Shown here in pieces: positions 45,664-55,913 of a stretch of DNA of 64,000 bases. Position 1 is the stretch's first letter; the number at the start of each line of letters is the position of its first letter. The stretch spans positions 111,755 through 175,754 of the forward strand of contig CADCPN010000002.1 in NCBI GenBank assembly GCA_902803375.1, written 5' to 3'. The notes beneath the pieces were generated by a model. It had not been told where the DNA came from and made no database searches. It saw only the letters and a list, made by a program, of their open reading frames with translations. The translations under genes and the position numbers were made by a program. This stretch comes from an uncultured Erysipelotrichaceae bacterium (GTDB taxonomy: Bacteria > Bacillota_I > Bacilli_A > RFN20 > CAG-826).

Positions 45664-48312
45664 TTACTTGGTCTTGTTGACGATCGCAGCCTGAGCCGCA
45701 GCGAGGCGGGCTAGCGGGACGCGGAACGGAGAGCAAGAGACATAGTCTAGGCCGACTTTGTCGTAGAACATGATGGAAGCCGGGTCACCACCAGTTTCAC
45801 CGCAAACACCGATGAGGAGTTCCGGTTTGGTGGCGCGGCCACGCTCGACAGCGATCTTGACGAGTTCGCCGACGCCTTCGACGTCGATGGTCTGGAACGG
45901 GTCGAATTCGTAGATCTTGTTGTCGTAGTAGAACGGCAAGAACTGTCCGGCATCATCACGGGAGAAGCCCATGGTGAGCTGGGTGAGGTCGTTGGTTCCG
46001 AAGGAGAAGAACTCAGCTTCTTTGGCAAGGTTGCCAGCCTGGAGAGCGCCTCTCGGGATTTCGATCATGGTACCGACGTGGTAGACAAGCTTGGAATCGT
46101 GCTTAGCCATTTCAGCTTCGACAGCCTTAACGACGACGTTCTTAGCAAACTTGAGTTCCTTGAGCTCGCCGGTGAGCGGGATCATGATTTCCGGCTCGAC
46201 GGCTTTGCCAAGTTCGGCGGAAGCTTTGTAGGCAGCCTGGATGATAGCGGTCGCGAGGACAGCGTAGATTTCCGGATAAGCAACGCAGAGGCGGACGCCA
46301 CGGAAGCCCATCATCGGGTTGGCCTGCTGGAGCTGGTTGATTCTGTCCTTGACCTTCTGCTCGGAGATGCCGAGCTTTTCAGCGATATCAGCGATGTTCT
46401 TGGTATCGTTGATGGTCGGGAGGAATTCGTGTAGAGGGGGGTCAAGGAGACGGATGTTAACCATGTTGTCCGGGCAGCTCTTATACATCTTATAGAAGTC
46501 ATCCATCAAGAACGGACGAATTCTCTCAAGAGCAGCTTCGCGCTGTTCAGTGGTATCAGAGAGGATCATGGAACGCATATTGAGAATACGATCTTCAGCG
46601 AAGAACATACGCTCAGTACGGCATAGGCCGATGCCTTCAGCGCCGAAACGAGCGGCGTTAGCGGCATCTTCCGGAGTGTTGCAGTTGGCACGGATTTTGA
46701 GGCGACGATACTTGTCGGCCCAAGCCATCATGCGGCCGAAGTCACCACCGAGATCGGCGGGGACCATCTTGATTTCGCCATCGAAGACTTCGCCAGTGGA
46801 ACCATCGACGGAGATAACGTCACCTTCGTGGTAGACCTTATCGCCAACGGTCATGGTCTTGGCTTCTTCGTTGATGATGGCAGCGGTGCAGCCAGCGACG
46901 CAGCACTTACCCATGGAACGGGCGACGACGGCGGCGTGGGAAGTCATACCGCCACGAGCGGTGACGATAGCTTCGGAGTTGACCATACCGATGATGTCTT
47001 CCGGAGAGGTTTCAGCGCGGCAGAGAACGACGTTGACGCCATTGTCATGCTGCTGTTTGCACTCTTCAGCGGTGAAGACGATATGGCCAGTGCCAGCACC
47101 CGGGGAGGCCGGGAGACCCCTAAGGAATGGGGTGTGCTTCTTCTCTTCAGCCTTGTCGAAGGTCGGGTGGAGAAGATCATTGAGCTGCTTCGGCTCGACG
47201 CGGCAGACGGCTTCTTCTTCGGTGATGAGTCCTTCGTCAACGAGGTCGCAAGCGATCTTTAAAGCAGAGCGAGCGGTGCGCTTTCCGTTACGAGTCTGGA
47301 GGAAGTAGAGGGTACCTTTTTCGACGGTGTACTCCATATCCTGCATATCGCGGAAATACTTTTCCATCTTAACGATGGTTTCGGTGAACTGCTTGTAAAC
47401 CTCAGGCATACGCTTCTGGAGTTCATCGATGTGGAGCGGGGTGCGAACACCAGCGACGACGTCTTCGCCCTGGGCGTTCGGAAGGAATTCGGCGTAGATG
47501 TGCTTCTCGCCGGTGGACGGGTCGCGGGAGAACGCGACGCCGGTGCCAGAATCTTCGCCCATGTTGCCGAAGACCATGGTCTGAACGTTGACGGCGGTAC
47601 CCCATTCATACGGGATGCCATTCATCTGACGGTAGACGTTGGCGCGCGGGTTGTCCCAGCTGCGGAAGACAGCGGAGACGGCTTCGCGGAGCTGCTCATA
47701 CGGATCGGTCGGGAATTCTTCGCCGAAGACGGACTTGTAGTATTCCTTGTAGGCCTTGACGAGCTCTTTGAGCTGTGGGACGGTGACTTCGGTATCGAGC
47801 TTGTAGCCATTTTCTTCCTTGATCTTGTCAAGCATAGCGTCCATAGCGGTACGCGGATGGCCTTTGGCGATGTTGGTGAACATCAAGATAAAGCGACGAT
47901 AGGAATCCCAAGCGAATCTCTCGTTGCCAGTGGCAGCGACGAGTTCTTCAACGGTCTTGTCGTTGGAACCAAGGTTAAGGATGGTATCCATCATACCCGG
48001 CATGGACTGACGGGCACCGGAACGGACAGAGACGAGAAGGGGCATTCCCTTGCCGCCGCCGAAGGACTTTCCGGAGTTCTTTTCGATTTCGTGGACGTGG
48101 GCCACGATGTCCTCCCAAACATCATCCGGAATCCTCTTACCGGATTTGTAATAGAGGGTGCAAGCTTCGGTGGTGACAGTGAAACCCTGCGGAATATTGA
48201 TTCCAGCAGCGGTCATCTCAGCAAGTCCGAAGCCTTTTCCACCAAGGATCTCTTTTCCGACTTTAGCCTGATGAGCTTCCTTGAAGGAATAAACGTACTT
48301 CTTATTTGCCAT
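45664..48312 (-). CDS. ppdK: pyruvate, phosphate dikinase
   Basis: Phosphohistidine motif GGMTSHAAVVAR and PEP-utilizer C-terminal IGVCGETGGDP. SD AGGAGG lies upstream. Confidence 0.95.
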   Translation of the reverse strand: MANKKYVYSFKEAHQAKVGKEILGGKGFGLAEMTAAGINIPQGFTVTTEACTLYYKSGKRIPDDVWEDIVAHVHEIEKNSGKSFGGGKGMPLLVSVRSGARQSMPGMMDTILNLGSNDKTVEELVAATGNERFAWDSYRRFILMFTNIAKGHPRTAMDAMLDKIKEENGYKLDTEVTVPQLKELVKAYKEYYKSVFGEEFPTDPYEQLREAVSAVFRSWDNPRANVYRQMNGIPYEWGTAVNVQTMVFGNMGEDSGTGVAFSRDPSTGEKHIYAEFLPNAQGEDVVAGVRTPLHIDELQKRMPEVYKQFTETIVKMEKYFRDMQDMEYTVEKGTLYFLQTRNGKRTARSALKIACDLVDEGLITEEEAVCRVEPKQLNDLLHPTFDKAEEKKHTPFLRGLPASPGAGTGHIVFTAEECKQQHDNGVNVVLCRAETSPEDIIGMVNSEAIVTARGGMTSHAAVVARSMGKCCVAGCTAAIINEEAKTMTVGDKVYHEGDVISVDGSTGEVFDGEIKMVPADLGGDFGRMMAWADKYRRLKIRANCNTPEDAANAARFGAEGIGLCRTERMFFAEDRILNMRSMILSDTTEQREAALERIRPFLMDDFYKMYKSCPDNMVNIRLLDPPLHEFLPTINDTKNIADIAEKLGISEQKVKDRINQLQQANPMMGFRGVRLCVAYPEIYAVLATAIIQAAYKASAELGKAVEPEIMIPLTGELKELKFAKNVVVKAVEAEMAKHDSKLVYHVGTMIEIPRGALQAGNLAKEAEFFSFGTNDLTQLTMGFSRDDAGQFLPFYYDNKIYEFDPFQTIDVEGVGELVKIAVERGRATKPELLIGVCGETGGDPASIMFYDKVGLDYVSCSPFRVPLARLAAAQAAIVNKTK

Positions 48313-48481
48313 TTTTTCCTCCTAATGACAATGAGGGCTATTAACCCAACGAGAGAAGTTTACCACAAGCTTCCTTATTCATAGAATAAGATAATTGCTT
48401 GCAGCAACAGGTATACAAGAGATGCTGTTTTTCAAAGATTGCTACTATTTTTTTCAAATACTGGATTAGAATGGTTTTGAC

Positions 48482-50032
48482 ATGGAAAACCTCATACTTA
48501 CCGTCGATTTCGGAACGCAGTCGGTTCGCGTTTCTTTTTTCAATAGAAAAGGCCAATGCGTGGCTTTCGAGAAAGAGAGTTATAAGCCTCCCTATTACTC
48601 GCCAAAGCCTGGCTATGCAGAGCAAAATCCATCGTATTACTTCGATGAGTTTTGCCTTGCGAGCCAACGATTGTTTGCCGCTCATCCAGAGAAGAAAGAA
48701 CAAATACGTGGTGTCGTGATGTCCTGCTTTAGGGATACCGCTGTTCTATTGGATAAGAATAAGGAGGTAATCCGCCCGACGATCCTTTGGCTGGACCAGA
48801 GATACGCCAAATGCGAAGAGCCGCTTCCGCTTATCTCCCGCGCAGCCTTCTCCCTTGTCGGCATGAGCGAAGTCATCAACATGAACCGCCGCAGGACGGC
48901 TGCGAACTGGATAAAAGAAAACGAGCCCGAGAATTGGGCAAAGGTGGATAAGTATGTCGGCATCTCCACCTATTTTGTCTATCGGCTTACGGGAGAGCTG
49001 AAGGATTGCGCTTCCGACTTTACGGGGCATTACCCAATCGATTTCAAGAAAAGGGCATGGTATGGCAATCCCGAAAAGAATATAAAGGGCAGCATTTTCT
49101 CCATTAAGAAAGAGATGCTTTGCGACCTTGTGGAAAGCGGCCAAGAACTAGGGAGAATTTCCGAAGAGGCTTCTAAGCTCACTGGTATTCCCGCGGGGAT
49201 TCCGATGTTTGCCGCGGGTAGCGATAAAGCCTGCGAGACCTTGGGCACCGGCGTAATTAGCGAGGACATGCTATCGATATCTCTTGGAACCGCGTGCACG
49301 ATTGAGACCACTTCCAAACGTTATGTCGAGCCGGTGAAGTTCCTTCCGGCTTATCCTTTCGCGATACCCGGTTACTACAACACGGACCTTCAGATTTACC
49401 GCGGCTATTGGATGATCAACTGGTTCTTAAAAGAATTCGGTGGCCAGGATGTGGAAGACATGGTCTCAGAGGAGGCCGCGGACCCAACGCCTTTCAATGA
49501 GAAACTGCATACGATTCCTGCCGGCAGCGATGGCGTGATACTTCAGCCCTTCTGGGGCTCTCAGCTAGATAAGCCCGCCGTTAAGGGATCCATTATCGGC
49601 TTCTCTGATGTCACGACGAAAGAACACGTCTACCGTGCCATCATCGAGGGCATCGATTACGAACTAAGGATGGCGAAGGAGCATTTCGAAAAGCAGTTCC
49701 ATCATCCCTTCAAAGAGATTCGCGTTGCTGGCGGTGGAGCCAAGAGCAAAGAGATTTGTCAAATTGCTGCGGATATCTTCAACCTGCCCGTTACGAAAAT
49801 CCAAACCACGGAGACTTCATCTCTTGGGGCGGCAATGGCGGGATTCCTCGCCATCAAGGAATACGATTCGGTAGAGGAGGCTGTGGAGAATATGGTTACC
49901 CCAACAGAGACGTTCTATCCGAACCCAGATAATGTGAAGGTCTATGACATGCTGTTTAATAACGTCTACAAGAAGCTATATAAACAACTGAAGCCGAGTT
50001 ACGTTTACCTCTACAATTTCACAGCAAGATAA
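48482..50032 (+). CDS. FGGY-family carbohydrate kinase, substrate not assignable
   Basis: N-terminal LTVDFGTQSVR, with later GSDKACETLGTG and AGGGAKS motifs. Confidence 0.8.
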   Translation: MENLILTVDFGTQSVRVSFFNRKGQCVAFEKESYKPPYYSPKPGYAEQNPSYYFDEFCLASQRLFAAHPEKKEQIRGVVMSCFRDTAVLLDKNKEVIRPTILWLDQRYAKCEEPLPLISRAAFSLVGMSEVINMNRRRTAANWIKENEPENWAKVDKYVGISTYFVYRLTGELKDCASDFTGHYPIDFKKRAWYGNPEKNIKGSIFSIKKEMLCDLVESGQELGRISEEASKLTGIPAGIPMFAAGSDKACETLGTGVISEDMLSISLGTACTIETTSKRYVEPVKFLPAYPFAIPGYYNTDLQIYRGYWMINWFLKEFGGQDVEDMVSEEAADPTPFNEKLHTIPAGSDGVILQPFWGSQLDKPAVKGSIIGFSDVTTKEHVYRAIIEGIDYELRMAKEHFEKQFHHPFKEIRVAGGGAKSKEICQIAADIFNLPVTKIQTTETSSLGAAMAGFLAIKEYDSVEEAVENMVTPTETFYPNPDNVKVYDMLFNNVYKKLYKQLKPSYVYLYNFTAR

Positions 50033-50061
50033 AAGGGCCGGGACAACATCCCGACCCTTTA
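50031..50061. terminator. hairpin terminator between the convergent kinase and TetR genes
   Basis: GGGCCGGGA caaca TCCCGACCC. The T-run is better on the minus strand (TTTTATC). Confidence 0.6.
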
Positions 50062-50081
50062 AAAATGACTACCGTTTCTCT

Positions 50082-50693
50082 TTATTCTCTAACGGCACCG
50101 CGGAGCAACATGCCGAAGATGATGTCGGCGGAAACGAGCTTTGCTTTGGCACCGTGCTCAAGTCTTCTGGCAAAGGCTGCTTCAAGCAAATCAATGATGG
50201 CGAGAGAGATCTCGGCGGGGTCCCCAGCGATGACTTCGCCGGTCTCCTGACCTTGATGGATGAGGGTCTCGAAAACGCCGCGGAGGTTATTCTCCTCAGC
50301 AAAGGCCACGAATTCTTTCGGCAGAGATTCCTCGTCGATTAGGAAGCAGGCGATCTTAGCGACATAAACGTCGGAGATGGAAGCCCCGTCAATCTTGTTG
50401 AGATAGTCGCGGAGGACGGCAAGTCCTTTGACACCACGAGCCTTTAGCGCTGCTTTTAGCGGGGGCAAGGCGCCGCTATGCATGATGTTTTCGGAAAGTA
50501 GGGCGCGGAATACATCCGGCTTAGCTGGGAAGTAATGATAGAAAAGACCATGTGAGCATTTGCTTGCCTTGGTGATGGAATCGATGGTGACGTCGTCATA
50601 GCCTTCAGCGGCAAAGACTTTTAGCGCGGTGGCTAGGAGTTTGCCTCTTCTTTTGTCCTTGATGACTTGGTTCTGTTCTTGGGTGCGTGGCAT
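50082..50693 (-). CDS. TetR-family transcriptional regulator
   Basis: N-terminal HTH (…GYDDVTIDSITKASKCSHGLFYHYFPAK…). SD AAGGGGG lies upstream. Confidence 0.8.
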   Translation of the reverse strand: MPRTQEQNQVIKDKRRGKLLATALKVFAAEGYDDVTIDSITKASKCSHGLFYHYFPAKPDVFRALLSENIMHSGALPPLKAALKARGVKGLAVLRDYLNKIDGASISDVYVAKIACFLIDEESLPKEFVAFAEENNLRGVFETLIHQGQETGEVIAGDPAEISLAIIDLLEAAFARRLEHGAKAKLVSADIIFGMLLRGAVRE

Positions 50694-50984
50694 ACGGCCC
50701 CCTTTCTTAAGAGACGTTTGCAGGTTCTTTATTTAGCAAATATAAAACAGCAACAAAAATTAGCAAGATAGTTTCCTAGACATTTTTCATAGATGATAAT
50801 CAAAGCGTTAGCAAATAGCAGATAAGCGACATATCATCGGACGTTTTTGTAATTTTTAGTTTAAGAATTGACGTTAATCGCGGCAATATTATTGAGAAAT
50901 GTTTCACAAATTTTCAAACCTTCACGCGCAAATGCACGCATATGCGATATAAAGATTTAGTTTTTGTGGTAACATTCACCCGCA

Positions 50985-51527
50985 ATGAAGACCTTAATTC
51001 TCTACGAGTCCAAAAGGGGCTCCACGCAGCAATATGCTGAGGATATCGGCAAGCTTGTCCTAGCGGACGTAATGCCGCTAAAAAAATACAAATGGAAGAA
51101 CCTAGACGAATACGACATCATCGTGTTCGGCGGCTGGGTTAAGGGAAACGCCATCCAGGGCGTGGATGATTTCCTCTCCCATTACGATGAAATCAAGGAG
51201 AAAGCCGTCATCATTTTTGCTAACGGCTTGTCTTATCCGACCACGGAAGGACGCGATGGCTTGATCAGTGGCAACATCCTTGACCTCTATCACATCCGTT
51301 TCTATCAGCTCCAGGGAAAATTTGATTTTGCGAAGCTTGGAATGATCGAGAAGATACTTGTTAAGTCGTCGGTCAACAGAATGCAAAACGATGACAACTT
51401 CACCGAAGAACATAAAGCGCAGATGCTTTCCCTGCTCACGACCAAAATCGATGGTTATGACCAGAATGGCGTAAACAAGATCGTCGCCGTCATCAACAGA
51501 ATTATCTCTGGGGAGGCCGCGAAATGA
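50985..51527 (+). CDS. flavodoxin-domain protein (Flavodoxin_5/HemG-like)
   Basis: MKTLILYESKRGSTQQYAEDIG… and …YDIIVFGGWV…. Confidence 0.7.
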   Translation: MKTLILYESKRGSTQQYAEDIGKLVLADVMPLKKYKWKNLDEYDIIVFGGWVKGNAIQGVDDFLSHYDEIKEKAVIIFANGLSYPTTEGRDGLISGNILDLYHIRFYQLQGKFDFAKLGMIEKILVKSSVNRMQNDDNFTEEHKAQMLSLLTTKIDGYDQNGVNKIVAVINRIISGEAAK

Positions 51528-52084
51528 AACTCATCGTCGGACTGGGAAATCCTGGAAAAGAATATGTCGGAACCCGTCATAACATGGGTTACGAAGCTGT
51601 GGAGAAATTCGCGGAGATGGCTGGCGGAGACTTCAATAGAAGCAACTTCAAAGGCATCTACGGCATCATCAAGAATCCAGAGCTAGGCGATACCGTCATC
51701 GTCGGCAAACCAGAGACCTATATGAACCTCTCTGGCGAATTCGTTAGGCCCTTAATGGAATACTTCAAGATTCCGGTTGAGGATCTCGTCGTCGTCTATG
51801 ACGATATGGCCATCGAAGAGGGGAAGATTCGTCTTCGTCCCTCCGGGTCCAGCGGCTCCCATAAAGGCATTCAGAACATCATCGATAATCTGAAGACCAC
51901 GAACATCAAGCGTATCCGCATCGGCATCGGCGAGCCCGCCCACACCGGTGTTGATTGGGTCCTTACCAGGCCGACCGGCGCTTCTAAAGAAGCCGTCGAA
52001 GAGGCTCAGAAGAATGCTGCCAAGGCCATCCGCGATTACCTCACCCATGATTGGTCTTTCGCAATGAACCACTACAACAAATAA
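51524..52084 (+). CDS. pth: peptidyl-tRNA hydrolase
   Basis: MKLIVGLGNPGKEYVGTRHNMG…. Confidence 0.95.
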   Translation: MKLIVGLGNPGKEYVGTRHNMGYEAVEKFAEMAGGDFNRSNFKGIYGIIKNPELGDTVIVGKPETYMNLSGEFVRPLMEYFKIPVEDLVVVYDDMAIEEGKIRLRPSGSSGSHKGIQNIIDNLKTTNIKRIRIGIGEPAHTGVDWVLTRPTGASKEAVEEAQKNAAKAIRDYLTHDWSFAMNHYNK

Positions 52085-52087
52085 CAA

Positions 52088-55000
52088 ATGGCAAACAAGC
52101 TATTAGACGAAATCTACAAGTTGCCGGCAATACCCCTTCTCTCCAGCAGAAAGGGGCATTTTGTCGTGGAGGAAACCCTTGGAGCGGGTCTTCTTTTCGC
52201 ATCTTTATATACGAAGGAGCCTGCGGATTACGCCCTTGTTGCCTCTAACCAATATGCGGCGCAGAGACTCTATGAATTCCTGCTGAATTTCCTATCGGAG
52301 TCCCAGGTTGTTTTCTTCCCTTCCGATGAACTTCTCCGCGCCGAATCTCTGGCATCCTCCCGCGAATTGCTTTCCCAACGCCTTTACGCGATGGGGCAAT
52401 TGCTGACGCCAGGGCCGAAGATCCTTGTCACACATCCTAGCGCCGTTTTGCGTTACCTTCCCTCCAAAGAAGATTTCGCCAAAGCGACTTTAAACATCAA
52501 AGTCGGTGACACGCATGACCTAAAGCAGTTAAAAGCCCAGCTTGTCGATATGGGCTATGAGGCTGTGAATAAAGTTGAGCACTCCCTGCAGTTTGCAAGC
52601 CGCGGCGACATCCTCGATATCTATAGCGTCTCCTACCTTAACCCGATTCGCATCGAGTTCTTTGGCGACGATGTCGAATCCATCCGTACCTTCGATATCT
52701 CCAATCAGTCGTCTAAGGAGACCATCAACGAATGCGTCATCCTCCCCGCGAGCGATATTTTCCTCAATGATGATCAGCTCTCTGATTTCATGTTGCGCGC
52801 AAAGAAACGAATCGACGAGGATAAAAAAGAGCTTACCCCTGAGTTGGCTAAAGCTCTAGAAAGCAATACGGGCGGAGACTTTGAAGACTTCGCTAACCAT
52901 AACTACAAGCCAAGTCTCTATAAGTATTTTGGCTATGCGCTAAATCAGGCTAATTCCATCATCTCCTACTTCAATCCCGAGATCGTCTACATCACCAACA
53001 AAGACCAATTCGATGAGTCTAGCGCCATGCTTAATGATGAGGCCCATACTTATTTGGGCGAGCTCTTCTATCAAGGCATGGTCATGTCGCATCTTGAGGA
53101 ATACATGTCCCCGGATGCCGCCCTTGGGCCAAAAAGCCATATTGTCACAAGCTCCCCTTTCTCCACAACGCCGAAGGATGTTTTCTTCGCGGTTCATCGC
53201 ATCTCTTTAACTGGTAGAAACATCGCTTCGATCGTGCCGACGATTCAGTCGTATATGTCCACGAATGACAAAGTCATTCTTGCTTTGCCTGAACCTCATC
53301 AGAAGAAAACGATCATCAACTTCCTTAACGATGCCGGCATCCCATTCGATGAGATTGATAACTTCGAATTCCCCTCCGCCAAGGTCGGTATCTGCGAAGC
53401 ATCTCTCTCCGAAGGCTTTGAGATTCCTGCTTTAAGGACTGCGTTCCTGTCCTCCAACGAACTATTTGGCCAGAGAGTGGCCAATTCTAGATTCACGAGC
53501 CGATTCAAAGATGCGACGATCCTCAGAACCTATGAAGACCTAAAGCCTGGCGACTATGTCGTCCATGAATATAACGGAATCGGCCAATTCATCGATATCA
53601 AAACCATCGAAGTCGATGGCGTCCACCGCGATTTCCTTCACATCGCCTATGCGGGCAATGAGTTTTTGTATGTTCCGCTAGAGCAATTCCGCCTCGTAAG
53701 AAAATACGCTGGACGCGAAGGCGCCGCCCCTAAACTCTCCCATCTCTCCTCTGGGGAATGGAGCAAAAAGAAAGAAAAGATCAAAGCCAGGGTCAACGAT
53801 TTGGCCGACCGCCTCATCGCCCTTTATGGCGAACGTGCGAAGACCGATGGCTTTGCTTTCCCGCCCGATGATGATTTGCAGCGCCAATTCGAAGATGAGT
53901 TTCCCTTCCCGTTAACCGCCGACCAGCAGAGGGCCGTGGATGAAATCAAAGCCGATATGGAGAAGCCCGCGATCATGGACCGCCTTGTCTGCGGCGACGT
54001 GGGATTCGGCAAAACCGAAGTTGCCTTCCGCGCCATCTTCAAAGCTATCGATGCCGGAAAGCAGGTCGCAATGCTTGCCCCGACCACCTTGCTTGCAAGA
54101 CAGCATTTTGAAGTCGCTCAGCAACGTTTCGCATCCTTTGGAATCAAGATGGCCTTGTTCTCTAGGCTCATCCCGGAATCCGAACAGAAAAAGAATATGG
54201 ATCTACTTGCTGCCGGTAAGCTCGATTTCGTCGTTGGAACCCATCGATTGCTATCGAAGGATTTCAAATTCAAAGACCTTGGTCTCCTCGTCGTCGATGA
54301 GGAACAGCGTTTTGGCGTTGAGCAGAAAGAACGCATCAAGGAAATGAAAAAGAACGTGGACGTGCTAACGCTTTCGGCCACTCCGATTCCGAGAACCTTG
54401 CAGATGTCCCTCGTTGGCATCCGCCCGCTTTCTGAGATCAACACCGCTCCTTCCGCAAGAATGCCGATTCAGACTTACGTCACTCCTTTTAAGAACGAAG
54501 TCGTCGATGAGCTAATTGGCCGAGAGCTCGCTAGAAGCGGCCAGGTCTTCTACCTTCATAACAAAGTCGCCTCCATCTATGCGACTGCCTCTAAGCTTGC
54601 TGCCAGAATCCCGTCTGCTAAAGTCGGCGTCGTTCATGGCCAGATGGAGAAAGAGCAGATCGAGGAGGTTATGGAGAGGTTCTATAACGCCGAGATAAAT
54701 GTTTTGATCTGCACCTCCATTGTGGAAAACGGCATCGATGTCCCTAACGCGAACATGATCATCGTGGAAGATGCCGATACCTTCGGTTTGTCTCAGCTTT
54801 ATCAGATCAAGGGCCGTGTCGGCAGAGGGAACCGCATTGCTTATGCCTACCTTATGTACAAGCAGCATAAGAACATGAACGAGGACGCGAAGAAACGTCT
54901 TCAGGCCATTCAGGAATTCACCGAACTCGGCAGCGGATACAAGATTGCTCAGCGCGATTTGATGATTCGCGGCGCTGGCGATATCCTTGGCCCGGAACAG

Positions 55001-55567
55001 GCGGGCTTTATCGATTCCGTCGGCTTAGACCTATACCTGAAACTTCTCAACGAGGCTGTGGAAAGTAGGCAAGGCGTGGCATTGCCGCCTCCCCCCACCC
55101 CGAGGAAGATGCTCAATATCGATGCCTACATCCCGAAAGATTACGCATCCGAATCCGACAAGATCTCCCTTTATCAGGAACTTGAAGACATCACCAACGA
55201 GAAGGCGTTGCTTTCCTATCAACGCAAGGTCCGCGACATCTATGGCAGGATGCCGGAAGAGGTTGAAAAGCTCATCGCCAAGAAGAGGGTGGATATCCTT
55301 TCTGACTATGAGGAATTCGCCTCCATGGATGAGTTCGATGACCGCATTGACGTATACCTGTCTCCCTCCTTTTCTAGAATCGATGGCATTGGCAATGAGC
55401 TTTTCAATGGCGTCGTCCCCTATTTGAAATGGCTAAAGGTTTCCTTTGTGGAAAAGAAACTGAGACTCAGCGTCTACAAATCTTCGGAAGACTGGCTCTC
55501 CATCTTGGAGAAAATCATGAAGGCCGTCCACAAAACCTACACCGCGCATGCGAAAAAGCAGGCGTAA
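52088..55567 (+). CDS. mfd: transcription-repair coupling factor
   Basis: 1159 aa with CarD-like region DYVVHEYNGIGQF, helicase Walker A GDVGFGKTEVA, VVDEEQRFGV, and a TRG motif region. Its position after pth is conserved. Confidence 0.95.
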   Translation: MANKLLDEIYKLPAIPLLSSRKGHFVVEETLGAGLLFASLYTKEPADYALVASNQYAAQRLYEFLLNFLSESQVVFFPSDELLRAESLASSRELLSQRLYAMGQLLTPGPKILVTHPSAVLRYLPSKEDFAKATLNIKVGDTHDLKQLKAQLVDMGYEAVNKVEHSLQFASRGDILDIYSVSYLNPIRIEFFGDDVESIRTFDISNQSSKETINECVILPASDIFLNDDQLSDFMLRAKKRIDEDKKELTPELAKALESNTGGDFEDFANHNYKPSLYKYFGYALNQANSIISYFNPEIVYITNKDQFDESSAMLNDEAHTYLGELFYQGMVMSHLEEYMSPDAALGPKSHIVTSSPFSTTPKDVFFAVHRISLTGRNIASIVPTIQSYMSTNDKVILALPEPHQKKTIINFLNDAGIPFDEIDNFEFPSAKVGICEASLSEGFEIPALRTAFLSSNELFGQRVANSRFTSRFKDATILRTYEDLKPGDYVVHEYNGIGQFIDIKTIEVDGVHRDFLHIAYAGNEFLYVPLEQFRLVRKYAGREGAAPKLSHLSSGEWSKKKEKIKARVNDLADRLIALYGERAKTDGFAFPPDDDLQRQFEDEFPFPLTADQQRAVDEIKADMEKPAIMDRLVCGDVGFGKTEVAFRAIFKAIDAGKQVAMLAPTTLLARQHFEVAQQRFASFGIKMALFSRLIPESEQKKNMDLLAAGKLDFVVGTHRLLSKDFKFKDLGLLVVDEEQRFGVEQKERIKEMKKNVDVLTLSATPIPRTLQMSLVGIRPLSEINTAPSARMPIQTYVTPFKNEVVDELIGRELARSGQVFYLHNKVASIYATASKLAARIPSAKVGVVHGQMEKEQIEEVMERFYNAEINVLICTSIVENGIDVPNANMIIVEDADTFGLSQLYQIKGRVGRGNRIAYAYLMYKQHKNMNEDAKKRLQAIQEFTELGSGYKIAQRDLMIRGAGDILGPEQAGFIDSVGLDLYLKLLNEAVESRQGVALPPPPTPRKMLNIDAYIPKDYASESDKISLYQELEDITNEKALLSYQRKVRDIYGRMPEEVEKLIAKKRVDILSDYEEFASMDEFDDRIDVYLSPSFSRIDGIGNELFNGVVPYLKWLKVSFVEKKLRLSVYKSSEDWLSILEKIMKAVHKTYTAHAKKQA

Positions 55568-55645
55568 TCGAATAATTCGCGAATTGCTAATCTTTTTCTT
55601 ATACCCCCTCATTCCCTATAAGGGGAATGTGGTAAAATCTTTTTC

Positions 55646-55912
55646 GTGCGAACCGATAAATTCCTAAAAGTTAGTCGTCTTATCAAAAGACGAGAAGTCG
55701 CTAAAGAACTCTGCGAAAACGGCAATGTTTCCATCAATGGACGCGCTGCGAAAGCGAGCTCCGAAATCAATGCCGGCGATACGGTGGTCCTACGTTTGGG
55801 CCGCCATACCCTGACGGTGGCAATCCATGAGGTTCGTCCATTCGCCAACAAGGAACAGGCGAATTCCCTCTATGAAATCATCTCGGATGAGGTTTCCGAG
55901 AAAGGAGAGTAA
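55646..55912 (+). CDS. rqcP: S4-domain protein, YabO/RqcP (Hsp15-like) family
   Basis: GTG start. MRTDKFLKVSRLIKRREVAKELCENGNVSINGRAAKAS closely matches the B. subtilis YabO N-terminus as recalled from memory. Confidence 0.8.
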   Translation: MRTDKFLKVSRLIKRREVAKELCENGNVSINGRAAKASSEINAGDTVVLRLGRHTLTVAIHEVRPFANKEQANSLYEIISDEVSEKGE

Positions 55913-55913
55913 C

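Noticed and set aside
47431-48384. Long antisense ORFs inside well-supported genes. Examples: 47431-48384 (317 aa, opposite ppdK), 7875-8738 (opposite rlmCD), 38531-39319 (opposite yidC), 2000-2755 (opposite hsdR), 58312-59064 (opposite ftsH), 16521-17204, 30152-30775 and 61185-61817.
   Set aside because: All lie exactly opposite genes with strong family motifs. Their translations are low-complexity and rich in Asp/Gly/Val/Glu/Leu, as expected for the stop-poor antisense frame of codon-biased genes. None has a convincing SD or start context, so I treat them as shadow ORFs.
55601-55609. A third copy of the ATACCCCC element (CTTATACCCCCTCA) upstream of rqcP, as part of the shared metG/activase promoter module.
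   Set aside because: Only 8 nt match, which is expected about twice by chance in 128 kb of two-strand sequence. The flanking palindrome and the GCAAA are absent.
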